From positions 2,016,001-2,080,000 of the forward strand of contig OY970303.1 of the NCBI GenBank assembly GCA_963716255.1: a stretch of 64,000 nt of DNA, given 5' to 3'. The stretch is from an uncultured Gemmatimonadales bacterium. Its GTDB lineage: Bacteria; Gemmatimonadota; Gemmatimonadetes; Longimicrobiales; Longimicrobiaceae. The notes below the pieces were generated by a model. That model had not been told where the DNA came from and ran no database searches. It saw only the letters and a program-made list of their open reading frames with translations. Below, one piece after another: positions 9,861 to 18,848 of this stretch (position 1 is the first letter of the stretch; the number at the start of each line of letters is the position of its first letter). The translations under genes and the position numbers were made by a program.

Positions 9861-12800
9861 ATGAGATTGCACCCGAGGTTCGGACAGGTGCTGGCCCTCG
9901 CCGCCGCCGTCGCCATGCTGGGCGCGGCGGCCGCTCCCCTCTCCGCCCAGTCGGTGGGGACCGTCAGCGGCCGCGTGATCGAGGCCGGCTCGCAGCGCCC
10001 CCTGAACGGGGCGCAGGTGTCCGTGGTGGGCGGCAGCCGGCGCGCCGTCACCGACGCGACCGGCGCCTACACCATCGCCAACGTCCCGGCGGGCTCCGCG
10101 CGGCTGCGCGCCGAGATGATCGGGCACACCAGCGCGGAGCAGAGCGTCGCCGTGGCGGCGGGCGGCACCGCGAACGCGGACTTCCAGCTGGGCTCCGCGG
10201 CCATCTCGCTGGACGCGCTGGTGGTCACCGGCACCGCCGGGGCCACGCAGAAGCGCGCCATCGGCAACGCGGTGACCACCGTCTCGGCGGAGGACCTCAC
10301 CTCCAAGGCGCCCATCAGCAACGTCACCCAGCTCCTCCAGGCGCGCGCGCCGGGGCTTTCCATCAACCCGGGCGCGGGCACTTCCGGCACGGCGGCGCAG
10401 ATCCGCATCCGCGGCCAGGGCTCGGTGGCGGGGGCGCAGATCCCCATCTTCATCCTGGACGGCGTCCGCATCAGCAACGTGCAGAACGGCTGGGCGGTCT
10501 CCGGGCAGTCGCGCAACCCGCTGGACTTCATCAACCCCGACGACATCGAGAGCATCGAGGTGGTGAAGGGGCCCGCGGCGGCGACGCTGTACGGCGCCGA
10601 GGCGGCCAACGGCGTGATCCAGATCATCACCAAGAAGGGCCGCAAGGGCCAGCAGGGGATGCAGTGGAACGCCAAGGTGGAGGCCGGGGAGATCGACTGG
10701 ACCATCGACACCCCCACCAACTGGGCGCTCTGCACCAACGCGCGCATCCGCACCGCGGCGAGCGGCACGGTGGGGAGCTTCCCCGGCTGCGGCGGGATCG
10801 ACTCCCTGCTCCCGGCCAACGCCATGGAGCGCCTGCTGAGCGAGAACTTCCTCACGCAGCCCAACACGCTGCGCACCGGCGAGCTCACCAACTACTCGCT
10901 CTCCACGCGGGGCGGCGGCGACCGCTACTCGTTCTTCGTCTCCGGCGACCTGCAGAAGGAGACGGGCGTCTTCTACAACAACGAGACGGGCCGCCGCTCG
11001 GGCCGCGCCAACTTCACCGTGAACCCCACGGAAAAGCTGGACATCTCGGCGAACCTGTCGTACGCCCGTACCAACTCGCAGCTCCCGCTCAACGACAACG
11101 CCTCCAACGGCCTGCTGCGCAACGGCATCCGCGGCGTCCCCGGGCGCCAGGGGCAGTACGCCGTCGGCTGGCTGGGGCTGTCGCCGGCGGAGATCAACAT
11201 CTACGAGAACCGGGCCCGCTCCGACCGCATGGTCCTGGGCGCCACCGCCAACTACTCGCCCTTTTTGTGGTTCCGCAACCGCATCACCGCGGGCGTGGAC
11301 CACAACGTGGGCGTGGCGGAGAACTTCTACCCCATCTGGCGCGGCACCACCCCGTCGCCGTACGGCGCGGACGTGGCCAACGGCGCGATCTACCAGTTCA
11401 CCCCGGAGCGCCGCAGCTACACGGTGGACTACGCGGGGACGCTGTCCAACACCATCCCGTGGGGCGAGCTGTCGTCCGACTTCTCCTTCGGGGCGCAGCT
11501 CAACTCCCGCCGCTACGAGTACACGCGCGGCGAGGGCGAGGGGCTGATCTCCAACGACCTGCGGCTCATCAACACCGCCACGGTCACGCGCTCGGCCTCG
11601 CTGTACGAGGCGCAGAGCTCGCTGGGCTTCTTCGTGCAGGAGCAGGTGGGCTGGCAGGACAAGCTGTTCGTGACCGGCGCGCTGCGCGTGGACGACAACT
11701 CGGCCTTCGGCCAGGACTTCTCCACCGTGGTGTACCCCAAGCTGTCGGCGTCGTACGTGCTTTCCGACGAGTCGTTCTTCAACGTCCCCTTCGTGGACAA
11801 CCTGCGGCTGCGCGCGGCGTGGGGGCAGGCCGGCAACTCGCCGGACCCGTTCTCGGCCGACCGCAACTACGGCGGCGCGGCTGTGGTGGACGCCAACGGG
11901 ACGCTCGCCTCGGCGCTGCGCTCCACCACCTACGGCAACCCGGACCTCAAGGCGGAGACCGGCTCCGAGATCGAGATGGGCTTCGAGAGCTCGCTCCTGA
12001 ACGGCCGGGCCGGCGTGGACTTCACCTACTACAACAAGCGCACCTTCGACGCGCTCCTCCCCCTCCCGGTGGCGCCCTCCTCGGGCTTCGGCGGCGGTGA
12101 GCTGGGCGCGGGGAGCGCAACCACCTACCGCACCCGGCTGGTGAACGCGGGCGAGATCAACAACCGCGGCATCGAGCTGTCGCTGTGGGGCACGCCGGTG
12201 TCGGGCAGGAACTTCGAGTGGGAAACCCGCCTGGGCCTTTCCACCAACCACAACGAGATGGTGGACCTGGCCGGGCTGGAGACGCAGCTGCGCGGCGACT
12301 TCGCCACCACCTCGTGGATCAAGGAAGGGTACCCGCTGGGGAGCTACTTCGGGGTGATGCCGGCCCGCAACGCGGACGGCACCTACCAGAAGGACGCGCA
12401 GGGGCGCGGCGTGCTGAGCGCCGACACCGTGTACATCGGGCCCTCCACGCCCACGCGCGAGGCTGCGTTCTCCAACACGCTGACGCTCTTCGGCAACCTG
12501 CGCTTCTACGTGTTCGCCGACTACAAGGGCGGCAACTACATGTGGAACGCCGGCGAGTTCGTCCGCAACCGCAACGACGTGGTGGCCTACGAGGTGGTGA
12601 ACCCGCAGGCGGACGTGGAGGACTACGCGTGGCGCCGCTCCGGCTCCACGCTGCCGTACGTGACCAAGGCGGACTTCGTGAAGCTCCGCGAGGTGTCGCT
12701 CTCCTACACGCTGCCGCAGGGCTTCACCGGCCGCTTCGGCTCGGACGAGATCACCTTCACCCTGGCCGGCCGCAACCTGGCCATGTGGACCGACTACTAC

Positions 12801-12929
12801 GGCATGGACCCCGAGGTGAACTTCAACGGCATCGCCAACGCCGCCGGGTTCGCCTCCACCGACCGCTCGGACTACATGTCGGTTCCCATGCTGCGGCGCC
12901 TGGTGGCCTCGCTCAACGTCCGCTTCTAG
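9861..12929 (+). CDS. SusC/RagA-family TonB-dependent transporter
   Basis: Signal peptide, carboxypeptidase-like N-domain, TonB box LDALVVTG, plug motif DIESIEVVKGPAAATLYG, C-terminal F; AGGAG RBS. Confidence 0.95.
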   Translation: MRLHPRFGQVLALAAAVAMLGAAAAPLSAQSVGTVSGRVIEAGSQRPLNGAQVSVVGGSRRAVTDATGAYTIANVPAGSARLRAEMIGHTSAEQSVAVAAGGTANADFQLGSAAISLDALVVTGTAGATQKRAIGNAVTTVSAEDLTSKAPISNVTQLLQARAPGLSINPGAGTSGTAAQIRIRGQGSVAGAQIPIFILDGVRISNVQNGWAVSGQSRNPLDFINPDDIESIEVVKGPAAATLYGAEAANGVIQIITKKGRKGQQGMQWNAKVEAGEIDWTIDTPTNWALCTNARIRTAASGTVGSFPGCGGIDSLLPANAMERLLSENFLTQPNTLRTGELTNYSLSTRGGGDRYSFFVSGDLQKETGVFYNNETGRRSGRANFTVNPTEKLDISANLSYARTNSQLPLNDNASNGLLRNGIRGVPGRQGQYAVGWLGLSPAEINIYENRARSDRMVLGATANYSPFLWFRNRITAGVDHNVGVAENFYPIWRGTTPSPYGADVANGAIYQFTPERRSYTVDYAGTLSNTIPWGELSSDFSFGAQLNSRRYEYTRGEGEGLISNDLRLINTATVTRSASLYEAQSSLGFFVQEQVGWQDKLFVTGALRVDDNSAFGQDFSTVVYPKLSASYVLSDESFFNVPFVDNLRLRAAWGQAGNSPDPFSADRNYGGAAVVDANGTLASALRSTTYGNPDLKAETGSEIEMGFESSLLNGRAGVDFTYYNKRTFDALLPLPVAPSSGFGGGELGAGSATTYRTRLVNAGEINNRGIELSLWGTPVSGRNFEWETRLGLSTNHNEMVDLAGLETQLRGDFATTSWIKEGYPLGSYFGVMPARNADGTYQKDAQGRGVLSADTVYIGPSTPTREAAFSNTLTLFGNLRFYVFADYKGGNYMWNAGEFVRNRNDVVAYEVVNPQADVEDYAWRRSGSTLPYVTKADFVKLREVSLSYTLPQGFTGRFGSDEITFTLAGRNLAMWTDYYGMDPEVNFNGIANAAGFASTDRSDYMSVPMLRRLVASLNVRF

Positions 12930-12958
12930 CGTCCGCACCCACAGCCTTGCAGAGTGAC

Positions 12959-14329
12959 ATGAGACACATGAGCTTCGCGCGGCGCGCCGCCACCCTGCTC
13001 CCCGCCGTGCTGCTGGCGGGGGCGCTCGGAGCGTGCGAATCCGTGCTCGACGTGCAGAACCCCGGCGCGGTGGCGGACGACCAGCTGGGCGACACCCTGA
13101 ACGCCAAGCTGCTGGCCCCCACCGTGGTCAGCGACTTCCAGCGCGTGTACGACGACCTGGCCCGCGCCAGCGCCTGGTTCAGCGACGAGCTGGTCAGCGG
13201 CCACAACTTCGTCGGCTTCCGCGAGTGGGACGGGCGCCTCATCAAGGAGGAGCGCACCGAGCTGCGGGACATCTACACCACCCTCCACCAGGCCCGCTTC
13301 TCCGCGGACAGCCTGGTGGGCCGCTACCGCGTGCTGTACCCCACTCCCACGCCGCTGCGGACGCTGGACATCGCGCGGATGCGGGCGTACGGCGGCTACA
13401 CCTACGTCCTCTTCGGCGAGTTCTTCTGCTCGAGCCCGCTGCGCGAGAACGAGGCGGCGCTCCCCTCGGCCGAGCTGACCCGGCTGGCCATCCCGCGCTT
13501 CGAGGAGGCCATCCAGCTGGCCACCGCCGCCCGGACGGGGACCGGCGCGGTCCCGGCGGCCCGGGCGGACTCCATCGTCAACCTGGCCCGTCTGGGCCTC
13601 GCCCGCGCGTACCTGCAGCTGGGCGACAAGGCGAAGGCCATCCAGTTCGCGTCGCAGGTGCCGGCCGGCTTCGAGTTCCGGTCGTTCTACTCGGAGCAGA
13701 AGGACTACGCCGAGAACCTGTACTACGGCTCCACCACCGGGGCCAACCAGAACATGGGCGTGGACGCTCCGTTCCGGAACCTGTGGACCATCGCGGTCAA
13801 CGCCACGGACCCGGCACGGCGGGACACCCTCTACGACCCGCGCGTCCGCCACACCGCCACCTCGCGCACCGGCCACAACGGCGCCACGCCGCTGTTCCGC
13901 CCGTACGAGGGGCCGTCCTTCAGCGACTGGAAGCCGGGCACCGGCGTCCGGACCGACACCATCAACTTCACCAAGAACACCAGCATCCGCTTCGCCTCGG
14001 GGCTGGAGGCCCGCTACATCGTGGCCGAGGCGGGCGGCATGACGGACGCGCAGCTGCTGGCGTTCGTCAACGAGCGCCGCGCGGTGGGGAGGCAGCCGGC
14101 GCTGGCCTCCGCCACGGGCGTGAACCTGCAGGCCGAGCTGCGCGACCAGCGCCGCCGGGACTTCTTCCTGGACGGCCACCGCGTGGGCGACCTGCGGCGC
14201 TACAAGGCGCAGCAGGGGATCGACGAGTTCCCCAGGGGAACGCACCCGGACGCGTTCATCGGGACGTACGGGGCGGCGGAGTGCTTCGTGCCTTCGCTGG
14301 ACGAGCGCAACGGCAACCCGGCGTACTGA
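12959..14329 (+). CDS. SusD/RagB-family surface lipoprotein
   Basis: Lipobox LGAC; follows SusC; RRRDFFLDGHR.GDLRR C-terminal motif. Confidence 0.9.
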   Translation: MRHMSFARRAATLLPAVLLAGALGACESVLDVQNPGAVADDQLGDTLNAKLLAPTVVSDFQRVYDDLARASAWFSDELVSGHNFVGFREWDGRLIKEERTELRDIYTTLHQARFSADSLVGRYRVLYPTPTPLRTLDIARMRAYGGYTYVLFGEFFCSSPLRENEAALPSAELTRLAIPRFEEAIQLATAARTGTGAVPAARADSIVNLARLGLARAYLQLGDKAKAIQFASQVPAGFEFRSFYSEQKDYAENLYYGSTTGANQNMGVDAPFRNLWTIAVNATDPARRDTLYDPRVRHTATSRTGHNGATPLFRPYEGPSFSDWKPGTGVRTDTINFTKNTSIRFASGLEARYIVAEAGGMTDAQLLAFVNERRAVGRQPALASATGVNLQAELRDQRRRDFFLDGHRVGDLRRYKAQQGIDEFPRGTHPDAFIGTYGAAECFVPSLDERNGNPAY

Positions 14330-14352
14330 GGACTGCTGTTGACGGCGGATTC

Positions 14353-14485
14353 GGGCGTGACCCCGGCTGGCGCCGGGGTCGGGCTTCGGCTCCGTAGGGC
14401 TGCAAACAACGCAGCCCAACGGAGTCGAGACCCGGCGGAAACAGCCCCGCCGGGTCTCGCTCCTCCGGGCCGTAATCCCTCACGC
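14353..14485 (+). repeat. R1 copy 5
   Basis: Inner stem GGGCTGC/GCAGCCC; extended second stem GAGACCCGGCGG/CCGCCGGGTCTC. Confidence 0.95.
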
Positions 14486-14496
14486 AACTGCTTGCT

Positions 14497-14605
14497 CGTA
14501 CTCTGCATCCAGCAGTTGTCCCCTCTCCCAGGATGGCGCTTCACGCTTCGCGTGAACCGGATGAAGGGAGAGGGTGGCGGCTCTCAGGCCGCCGGGTGAG
14601 GGCCT
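14497..14605 (+). repeat. R2 REP-like repeat with an extra internal hairpin
   Basis: CCCTCTCCC...GGGAGAGGGTGGCGGCTCTCAGGCCGCCGGGTGAGGGCC with inserted TTCACGC-TTC-GCGTGAA. Confidence 0.85.
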
Positions 14606-14610
14606 GCAAC

Positions 14611-14644
14611 GGCGCCCCCACCGGGATCTCCCGGTGGGGGCGCT
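14611..14644. terminator. R3 hairpin, probable terminator between convergent genes
   Basis: GGCGCCCCCACCGGG-ATCT-CCCGGTGGGGGCGCT. Confidence 0.65.
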
Positions 14645-14693
14645 TGTCGTTCGGCGTTCGCTGTACCGCCGTTGCAGGCTGTTCCCTGTTCCC

Positions 14694-15074
14694 TCAGATC
14701 GTCGTCAGCCCGATCAGGCGCTGCACCTCTTCCAGGATGCGGCGCGGCGTGCACGGTTTGGGGAGGTAGCCGTCGCCCACGGAAAGGGCGCGGGCGCGGT
14801 CGCGCTCCATGGCGTGGCCGGTCAGGATGACGATGGGGATGAAGCAGGTGTCCGGGTCCGCCTTGAGGCGCTCCGTCGCCTCCCAGCCGTCCAGCAGCGG
14901 GAGGGTGACGTCCATCAGGATCAGCGCCGGGCGCTCCTCGCGGGCGAGGCGGACGCCCTCGTCCCCGTCGAGCGCCTCCACGACGCGGTAGCCGTGGTGC
15001 TGGAGGAAGAGGGAGCAGATGTTCCTGCTGTCGGTGTCGTCGTCGACCACCAGTACGGTCTTCTGCGGCTCCAC
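14694..15074 (-). CDS. Single-domain response regulator (DivK/CheY-like)
   Basis: VLVVDDD, ILMDV.LP.LDG, IVILTG and YLPKP motifs; GTG start with GAGG RBS. Confidence 0.9.
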   Translation of the reverse strand: MEPQKTVLVVDDDTDSRNICSLFLQHHGYRVVEALDGDEGVRLAREERPALILMDVTLPLLDGWEATERLKADPDTCFIPIVILTGHAMERDRARALSVGDGYLPKPCTPRRILEEVQRLIGLTTI

Positions 15075-15277
15075 TGCACCTCGGCGGGGGGCGGAAGAGG
15101 AGTGGCTTCGCGCCGGGACGGCGCGGGGATGGTGGCGTGCAACAGATGAACAATGTATGTGCGGCGAGCCCCAGGAACGCAAGGATCTCGCGCGCCCCAC
15201 CGCCAGCATGGGGCCGTTTTTCGCAAAGGGCGGAATGCCGCGTCCGCCGCGGCCCCGGCGGGGCGTCCGGCGGGGGC

Positions 15278-15553
15278 TCAGCGCGGTGGGCCGGGGAGCA
15301 GCTCGCGGTACAGGATCTCCATCCGCTCCGGGCTCACGCCGTAGATGCGGGCCACGTAGTCCAGCGTCAACCCGTCGTCGCGCAGGTGGTCGGCGGCGAG
15401 CCGGCGGACGAGCCGCTCGGAGGGCTCCATCTCCGGCGGCCCGGAGAGCCGTCCCCGGCCCCGGACCGTCGCGGCGTCCTCGCCGCCGCGCGTCCCCGCG
15501 CGCTCGCCGGACCCTTCCCGGCGCCCGCGCGGGGCTTCGATGCTCTGGATCAT
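15278..15553 (-). CDS. Small hypothetical protein, possible C-terminal HTH
   Basis: GGAGG RBS before ATG; LTLDYVARIYGVSPERM resembles a helix-turn-helix. Confidence 0.5.
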   Translation of the reverse strand: MIQSIEAPRGRREGSGERAGTRGGEDAATVRGRGRLSGPPEMEPSERLVRRLAADHLRDDGLTLDYVARIYGVSPERMEILYRELLPGPPR

Positions 15554-15665
15554 CGGCTCCTCCGCCCGGACGGCAATCGGCGGTTTCCGACCTCGCATGG
15601 GGTGGCGGCGAGGTGCATTTCGCGTGCCTTCCCCGCCGCCGCCGGGCGGGACGGCCCCCGCGGCC

Positions 15666-15694
15666 TTGAGACAACCCCGTGCCGGACGTAGATT
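15666..15694 (+). promoter_or_regulatory. Putative sigma70 promoter
   Basis: TTGAGA-17 nt-TAGATT upstream of 15732. Confidence 0.6.
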
Positions 15695-15731
15695 TGCCGC
15701 ACCGAGCCAACGCTTCCGCGACCGGAGAGCC

Positions 15732-16562
15732 ATGAGCCAGACCTGTCCTTCGTGCCATCAGCCGGCCAGCGGCCGCTTCTGCTCCCACTGCGGCGCGGCC
15801 GTGTCGGCCGAGTGCCGCGAGTGCGGAAACGCGCTTCCGCCCGGCGCCCGCTTCTGCAACCACTGCGGCGCCACCGCGGCCGCCGGCGCCGAGGGCGCGC
15901 CGGCGCACGCGCACGGCGCGTCCCGCTGGCCCGCCTGGCTCCCCTGGGCGGTAGCGGGAGGCGCGCTGGTCGTGGCGCTCGCCGCGTTCCTGGTCCCCCG
16001 CGGCGGCGATCCCCAGCCGGCGCCGGCCGGCTCCCCGGCCATGTCGGGGAGCGCGCTGAACGGGCCCACGGGGGCCGCCGCGCCGCCGCCCGCCCTGGCG
16101 CCCGCGGGGAACCCGGGCGGCGTGGACCTGTCGTCCATGACCCCGCGCGAGGCCGCGGACCGGCTCTTCAACCGCGTCATGCAGAGCGTGTCCAGCGGCG
16201 ACACCGCGCAGGCGCGCACCTTTCTGCCCATGGCCATCGCCGCGTACGGCCGCGTGGGACAGCTGGACACCGACGGCCGCTACCACCTGGCCGTGCTGCA
16301 CCTGGCCAACAACGACCCGCGGTCCGCGCGCGCCGAGGCGAACGCGATCCTGTCCGTGGAGCCGCGGCACCTGTTCGGGCTGATCACCGCGGCCGAGGCG
16401 GAGACCAAGCTGGGCAACGGGGCGCGGGCGCGCGACCTGTACCAGCGGTTCCTGTCGTCGTTCGAGACGGAGCGCACGCGGGACCTGCTCGAGTACCGCG
16501 ACCACGCGCAGGCGTTGGAGCCCATGCGGCAGGAGGCGCAGCGGGCGGTGGGTGGAGTGTGA
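15732..16562 (+). CDS. Double zinc-ribbon / transmembrane / TPR protein
   Basis: Four CxxC motifs (CPSC, CSHC, CREC, CNHC), one TM helix, helical TPR-like C-terminus. Confidence 0.8.
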   Translation: MSQTCPSCHQPASGRFCSHCGAAVSAECRECGNALPPGARFCNHCGATAAAGAEGAPAHAHGASRWPAWLPWAVAGGALVVALAAFLVPRGGDPQPAPAGSPAMSGSALNGPTGAAAPPPALAPAGNPGGVDLSSMTPREAADRLFNRVMQSVSSGDTAQARTFLPMAIAAYGRVGQLDTDGRYHLAVLHLANNDPRSARAEANAILSVEPRHLFGLITAAEAETKLGNGARARDLYQRFLSSFETERTRDLLEYRDHAQALEPMRQEAQRAVGGV

Positions 16563-16600
16563 GGGTTTTCCGCTGATCTGGTAGCGGGGGGGCCGCTACG

Positions 16601-16714
16601 GAGCCCGGCGGAAACTGCCCCGCCGGTCTCCTGCGCGGGCTCCGGGAGCCTCGCCGAACAGCCGGCGAGTCTCCCTGCGCCGGAGTGAGCCAGCCGAAAC
16701 GACCCGGCTGTCTC
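16601..16714 (+). repeat. Tandem array of three hairpins homologous to the R1 P4 module
   Basis: GAGC-stem-(A)AAC..loop-stem-TCTC at 16601, 16646 and 16687, each with a different self-complementary stem. Confidence 0.8.
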
Positions 16715-16750
16715 CCTCCGAACGGATTCATATGGGTACGACGAACGGCG

Positions 16751-16790
16751 AACGGCGCCCACACCCGGAGATCCCGGCGGGGCGCCGTTT
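16751..16790. terminator. R3 hairpin
   Basis: AACGGCGCCC..CCGG-AGAT-CCCGG..GGGCGCCGTTT between convergent genes. Confidence 0.6.
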
Positions 16791-16860
16791 CGGTTTGTGG
16801 AGGCCGCGAAGCCGCAGCGAACGCGGGGGAGGCGTGCGAGCTGGGCCCTCCCAGGCTGTT

Positions 16861-16989
16861 GCGTGAGGGATTACGGCCCGAAGGGGCGAGACCGCGCGGC
16901 TGTTTGCGCGGGCTCGACTCCGTTACGCACGGTTGTTTCGTGCGTTACGGAGCCGAAGCCCGACCCCGGCGCCAGCCGGGGGCACGCCC
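16861..16989 (-). repeat. R1 copy 6
   Basis: Reverse complement of consensus; inner stem ACGCACG/CGTGCGT. Confidence 0.97.
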
Positions 16990-17015
16990 GAACCCGCCGT
17001 TCAAAGCCGTTCCAC

Positions 17016-17702
17016 TCAGTACGGCGGCTCGGCGGGCCCGGCGTACCCGCACACGCCGAACCGGGGCGAGTTCACCGGCGGCATCATTTCCTCCAATCCA
17101 TGCTCGTGCCCCGGCACGTGCGCGTCGCAGAGAGGCGTCCATTCGCCATCCTCCGTCCAGCACTCCATGCAAAGCTGCGTGGACGGCTCGCCGCACTTCG
17201 TGCAGGGGATCGGCGGAGGCGCGTTCCGGGCCATCAGCACGATGGGGTCGGAGGTGGTCGCCTTCCCCTCCCGGAAGTCCACTGCCTTGACCAGCGTGTA
17301 CGACGAGGACCCGAAGTCGTAGATGTGCGTCAGCTCCACGCCCAGCCTGAAGACCGCCGTCGCGCTGACCTCGAAGTCGATCTCCTCGCCCTTCCAGCCG
17401 CCGACCGAGAACTGGCTCATGTGGTCGCAGCACTCCAGCCAGATGGTCCTGAGATAGTGGTCCAACTCGTCCAGGGTGACGGCCCCGTCCATCTCCAGGT
17501 GGAGCCAGTACTCGCCGGACCAGCTGTCCTGCACCTGCAGGTGGATGAACGGCCGGCTCTTCCCCGGCTCCAGGTCGGCGGCCTGCACCGCCGCCCTCCG
17601 CTTCGCGCACGTACGGAGGTGGCGGGACATGCCTCCACGGGTGGATGCCTTGCCGCAGTACGCGCAGTCGCCCTGCGTCACGATCCGGTCTTCATCGTCC
17701 AT
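17016..17702 (-). CDS. pRiA4b ORF-3-like zinc-binding protein
   Basis: TL.ELD..LR..W, H.YDFG motif, CxxC pairs, VNSPRFGVCGY C-terminus; GGAGG RBS. Confidence 0.65.
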   Translation of the reverse strand: MDDEDRIVTQGDCAYCGKASTRGGMSRHLRTCAKRRAAVQAADLEPGKSRPFIHLQVQDSWSGEYWLHLEMDGAVTLDELDHYLRTIWLECCDHMSQFSVGGWKGEEIDFEVSATAVFRLGVELTHIYDFGSSSYTLVKAVDFREGKATTSDPIVLMARNAPPPIPCTKCGEPSTQLCMECWTEDGEWTPLCDAHVPGHEHGLEEMMPPVNSPRFGVCGYAGPAEPPY

Positions 17703-17714
17703 GGGTCTCCTCCC

Positions 17715-18587
17715 TCACGAATGCTCCGGGTGCGGGGCCACCGGCCCCCGTTCGGACACCATCAGCAGCACCCCCACCAGCACCAGCGCGGCGAACAGGT
17801 ACCCGGGCAGGCTCCACCGCTCGCCCCACGCCAGGTACGCGGCCACCGCGGCGACCACCGGCTCCACCATTGCGACGGTGGCGGCGCGCGTGGCGTCGAT
17901 GCGCCTCAGCCCCGCCCCGTAGAACAGGTACGAGCCGTAGGTGGGGACCGCGGCCACGAACGCCAGCGCCATCCACGCCCGGGGGCTCTTGGGGGCGAAG
18001 TCCACCAGGGGGAGCAGCGCCAGCGCGCCCACGGGGAGCGCGTACAGGAAGAGGGTGGAGGTGTCGTACCGCGCGAAGAAGCGCTTGCCGAACAGGTAGT
18101 ACAGCGCGTACGCCAGCCCGGACGCCAGCCCCCACCCCAGCGCCGCCGGGGTCACCCGCACGCCGCCCCCGCCGCCGGACGCCAGCGCGATCCCCGCCAC
18201 CCCCGCGAAGGCGAGCCCCAGCGCCACCGCCTGGCGCCCTCCCGGGCGCTCGCGCAGGAAGAGCGCGGCGAGGACCGCCACCCACACCGGCGCCGTGTAC
18301 AGGAGCACGGAGGCCAGCGCCGCGCCCCCCTCGCGCACCGCCATGAAGTAGGCCACGTACAGGAACGCCACCCCCACCAGCCCGAACCCCACCACCGCGG
18401 GCAGGTCGCGCCGCTCCACCCGCGCGCGCCTCAGCAGGGCGGCGTGCGCCCCGAAGAGCACCGCCGCGAACACCGCCCGCCAGAAGGCGACCTCCAGCGG
18501 ACCCAGCCCCTCCTGCAGCGCCACGCGCGACGCCGGACCCAGCACCCCCCACAGAACGCCCGCGCAGACTACGTAGAGATACCCCAA
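17715..18587 (-). CDS. DMT/EamA-family transporter
   Basis: About 10 TM helices; LLYTAPVWV and EPVVAAV...GE motifs; start (TTG) uncertain. Confidence 0.85.
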   Translation of the reverse strand: MGYLYVVCAGVLWGVLGPASRVALQEGLGPLEVAFWRAVFAAVLFGAHAALLRRARVERRDLPAVVGFGLVGVAFLYVAYFMAVREGGAALASVLLYTAPVWVAVLAALFLRERPGGRQAVALGLAFAGVAGIALASGGGGGVRVTPAALGWGLASGLAYALYYLFGKRFFARYDTSTLFLYALPVGALALLPLVDFAPKSPRAWMALAFVAAVPTYGSYLFYGAGLRRIDATRAATVAMVEPVVAAVAAYLAWGERWSLPGYLFAALVLVGVLLMVSERGPVAPHPEHS

Positions 18588-18628
18588 TTTCGTCCCCGGT
18601 CGCGGTAGAGCACAACGGAAGTGGCTTT

Positions 18629-18762
18629 GGGCGTGCCCCCGGCTGGCGCCGGGCGTTCCGTGGGCTTCGGCTCCGTAGCAGACGAAACAACCGTCTGCAA
18701 CGGAGTCGAGCCCGCGCAAACAGCCGCGCGGTCTCGCCCCTTCGGGCCGTAATCCCTCACGC
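18629..18762 (+). repeat. R1 copy 7
   Basis: Consensus with a small insertion after the first hairpin (GGGCGTTCCGTGGGC). Confidence 0.95.
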
Positions 18763-18764
18763 AA

Positions 18765-18802
18765 ACGGCGCCCCACCCGGAAATCCCGGTGGGGGCGCCG
18801 TT
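18765..18802. terminator. R3 hairpin
   Basis: AACGGCGCCCCACCCGG-AAATC-CCGGTGGGGGCGCCGTT. Confidence 0.6.
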
Positions 18803-18848
18803 CCGCAATTTCGCACTTTCGCACTGCCGTTCCGTACTTCGTACCCCC

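Noticed and set aside
17016..17702. pRiA4b ORF-3-like gene as evidence of an IS or plasmid
   Set aside because: No transposase, terminal inverted repeats or replication genes nearby. This family also occurs as ordinary chromosomal genes.
18588..18824. EamA (and LON-N at 56130, amidohydrolase at 2599) ORFs extend in frame through R1, as in Rickettsia RPE-type coding insertions
   Set aside because: The reading frame through R1 is not the same in all three cases, stops are rare at this GC content, and family homology begins downstream of the repeat.
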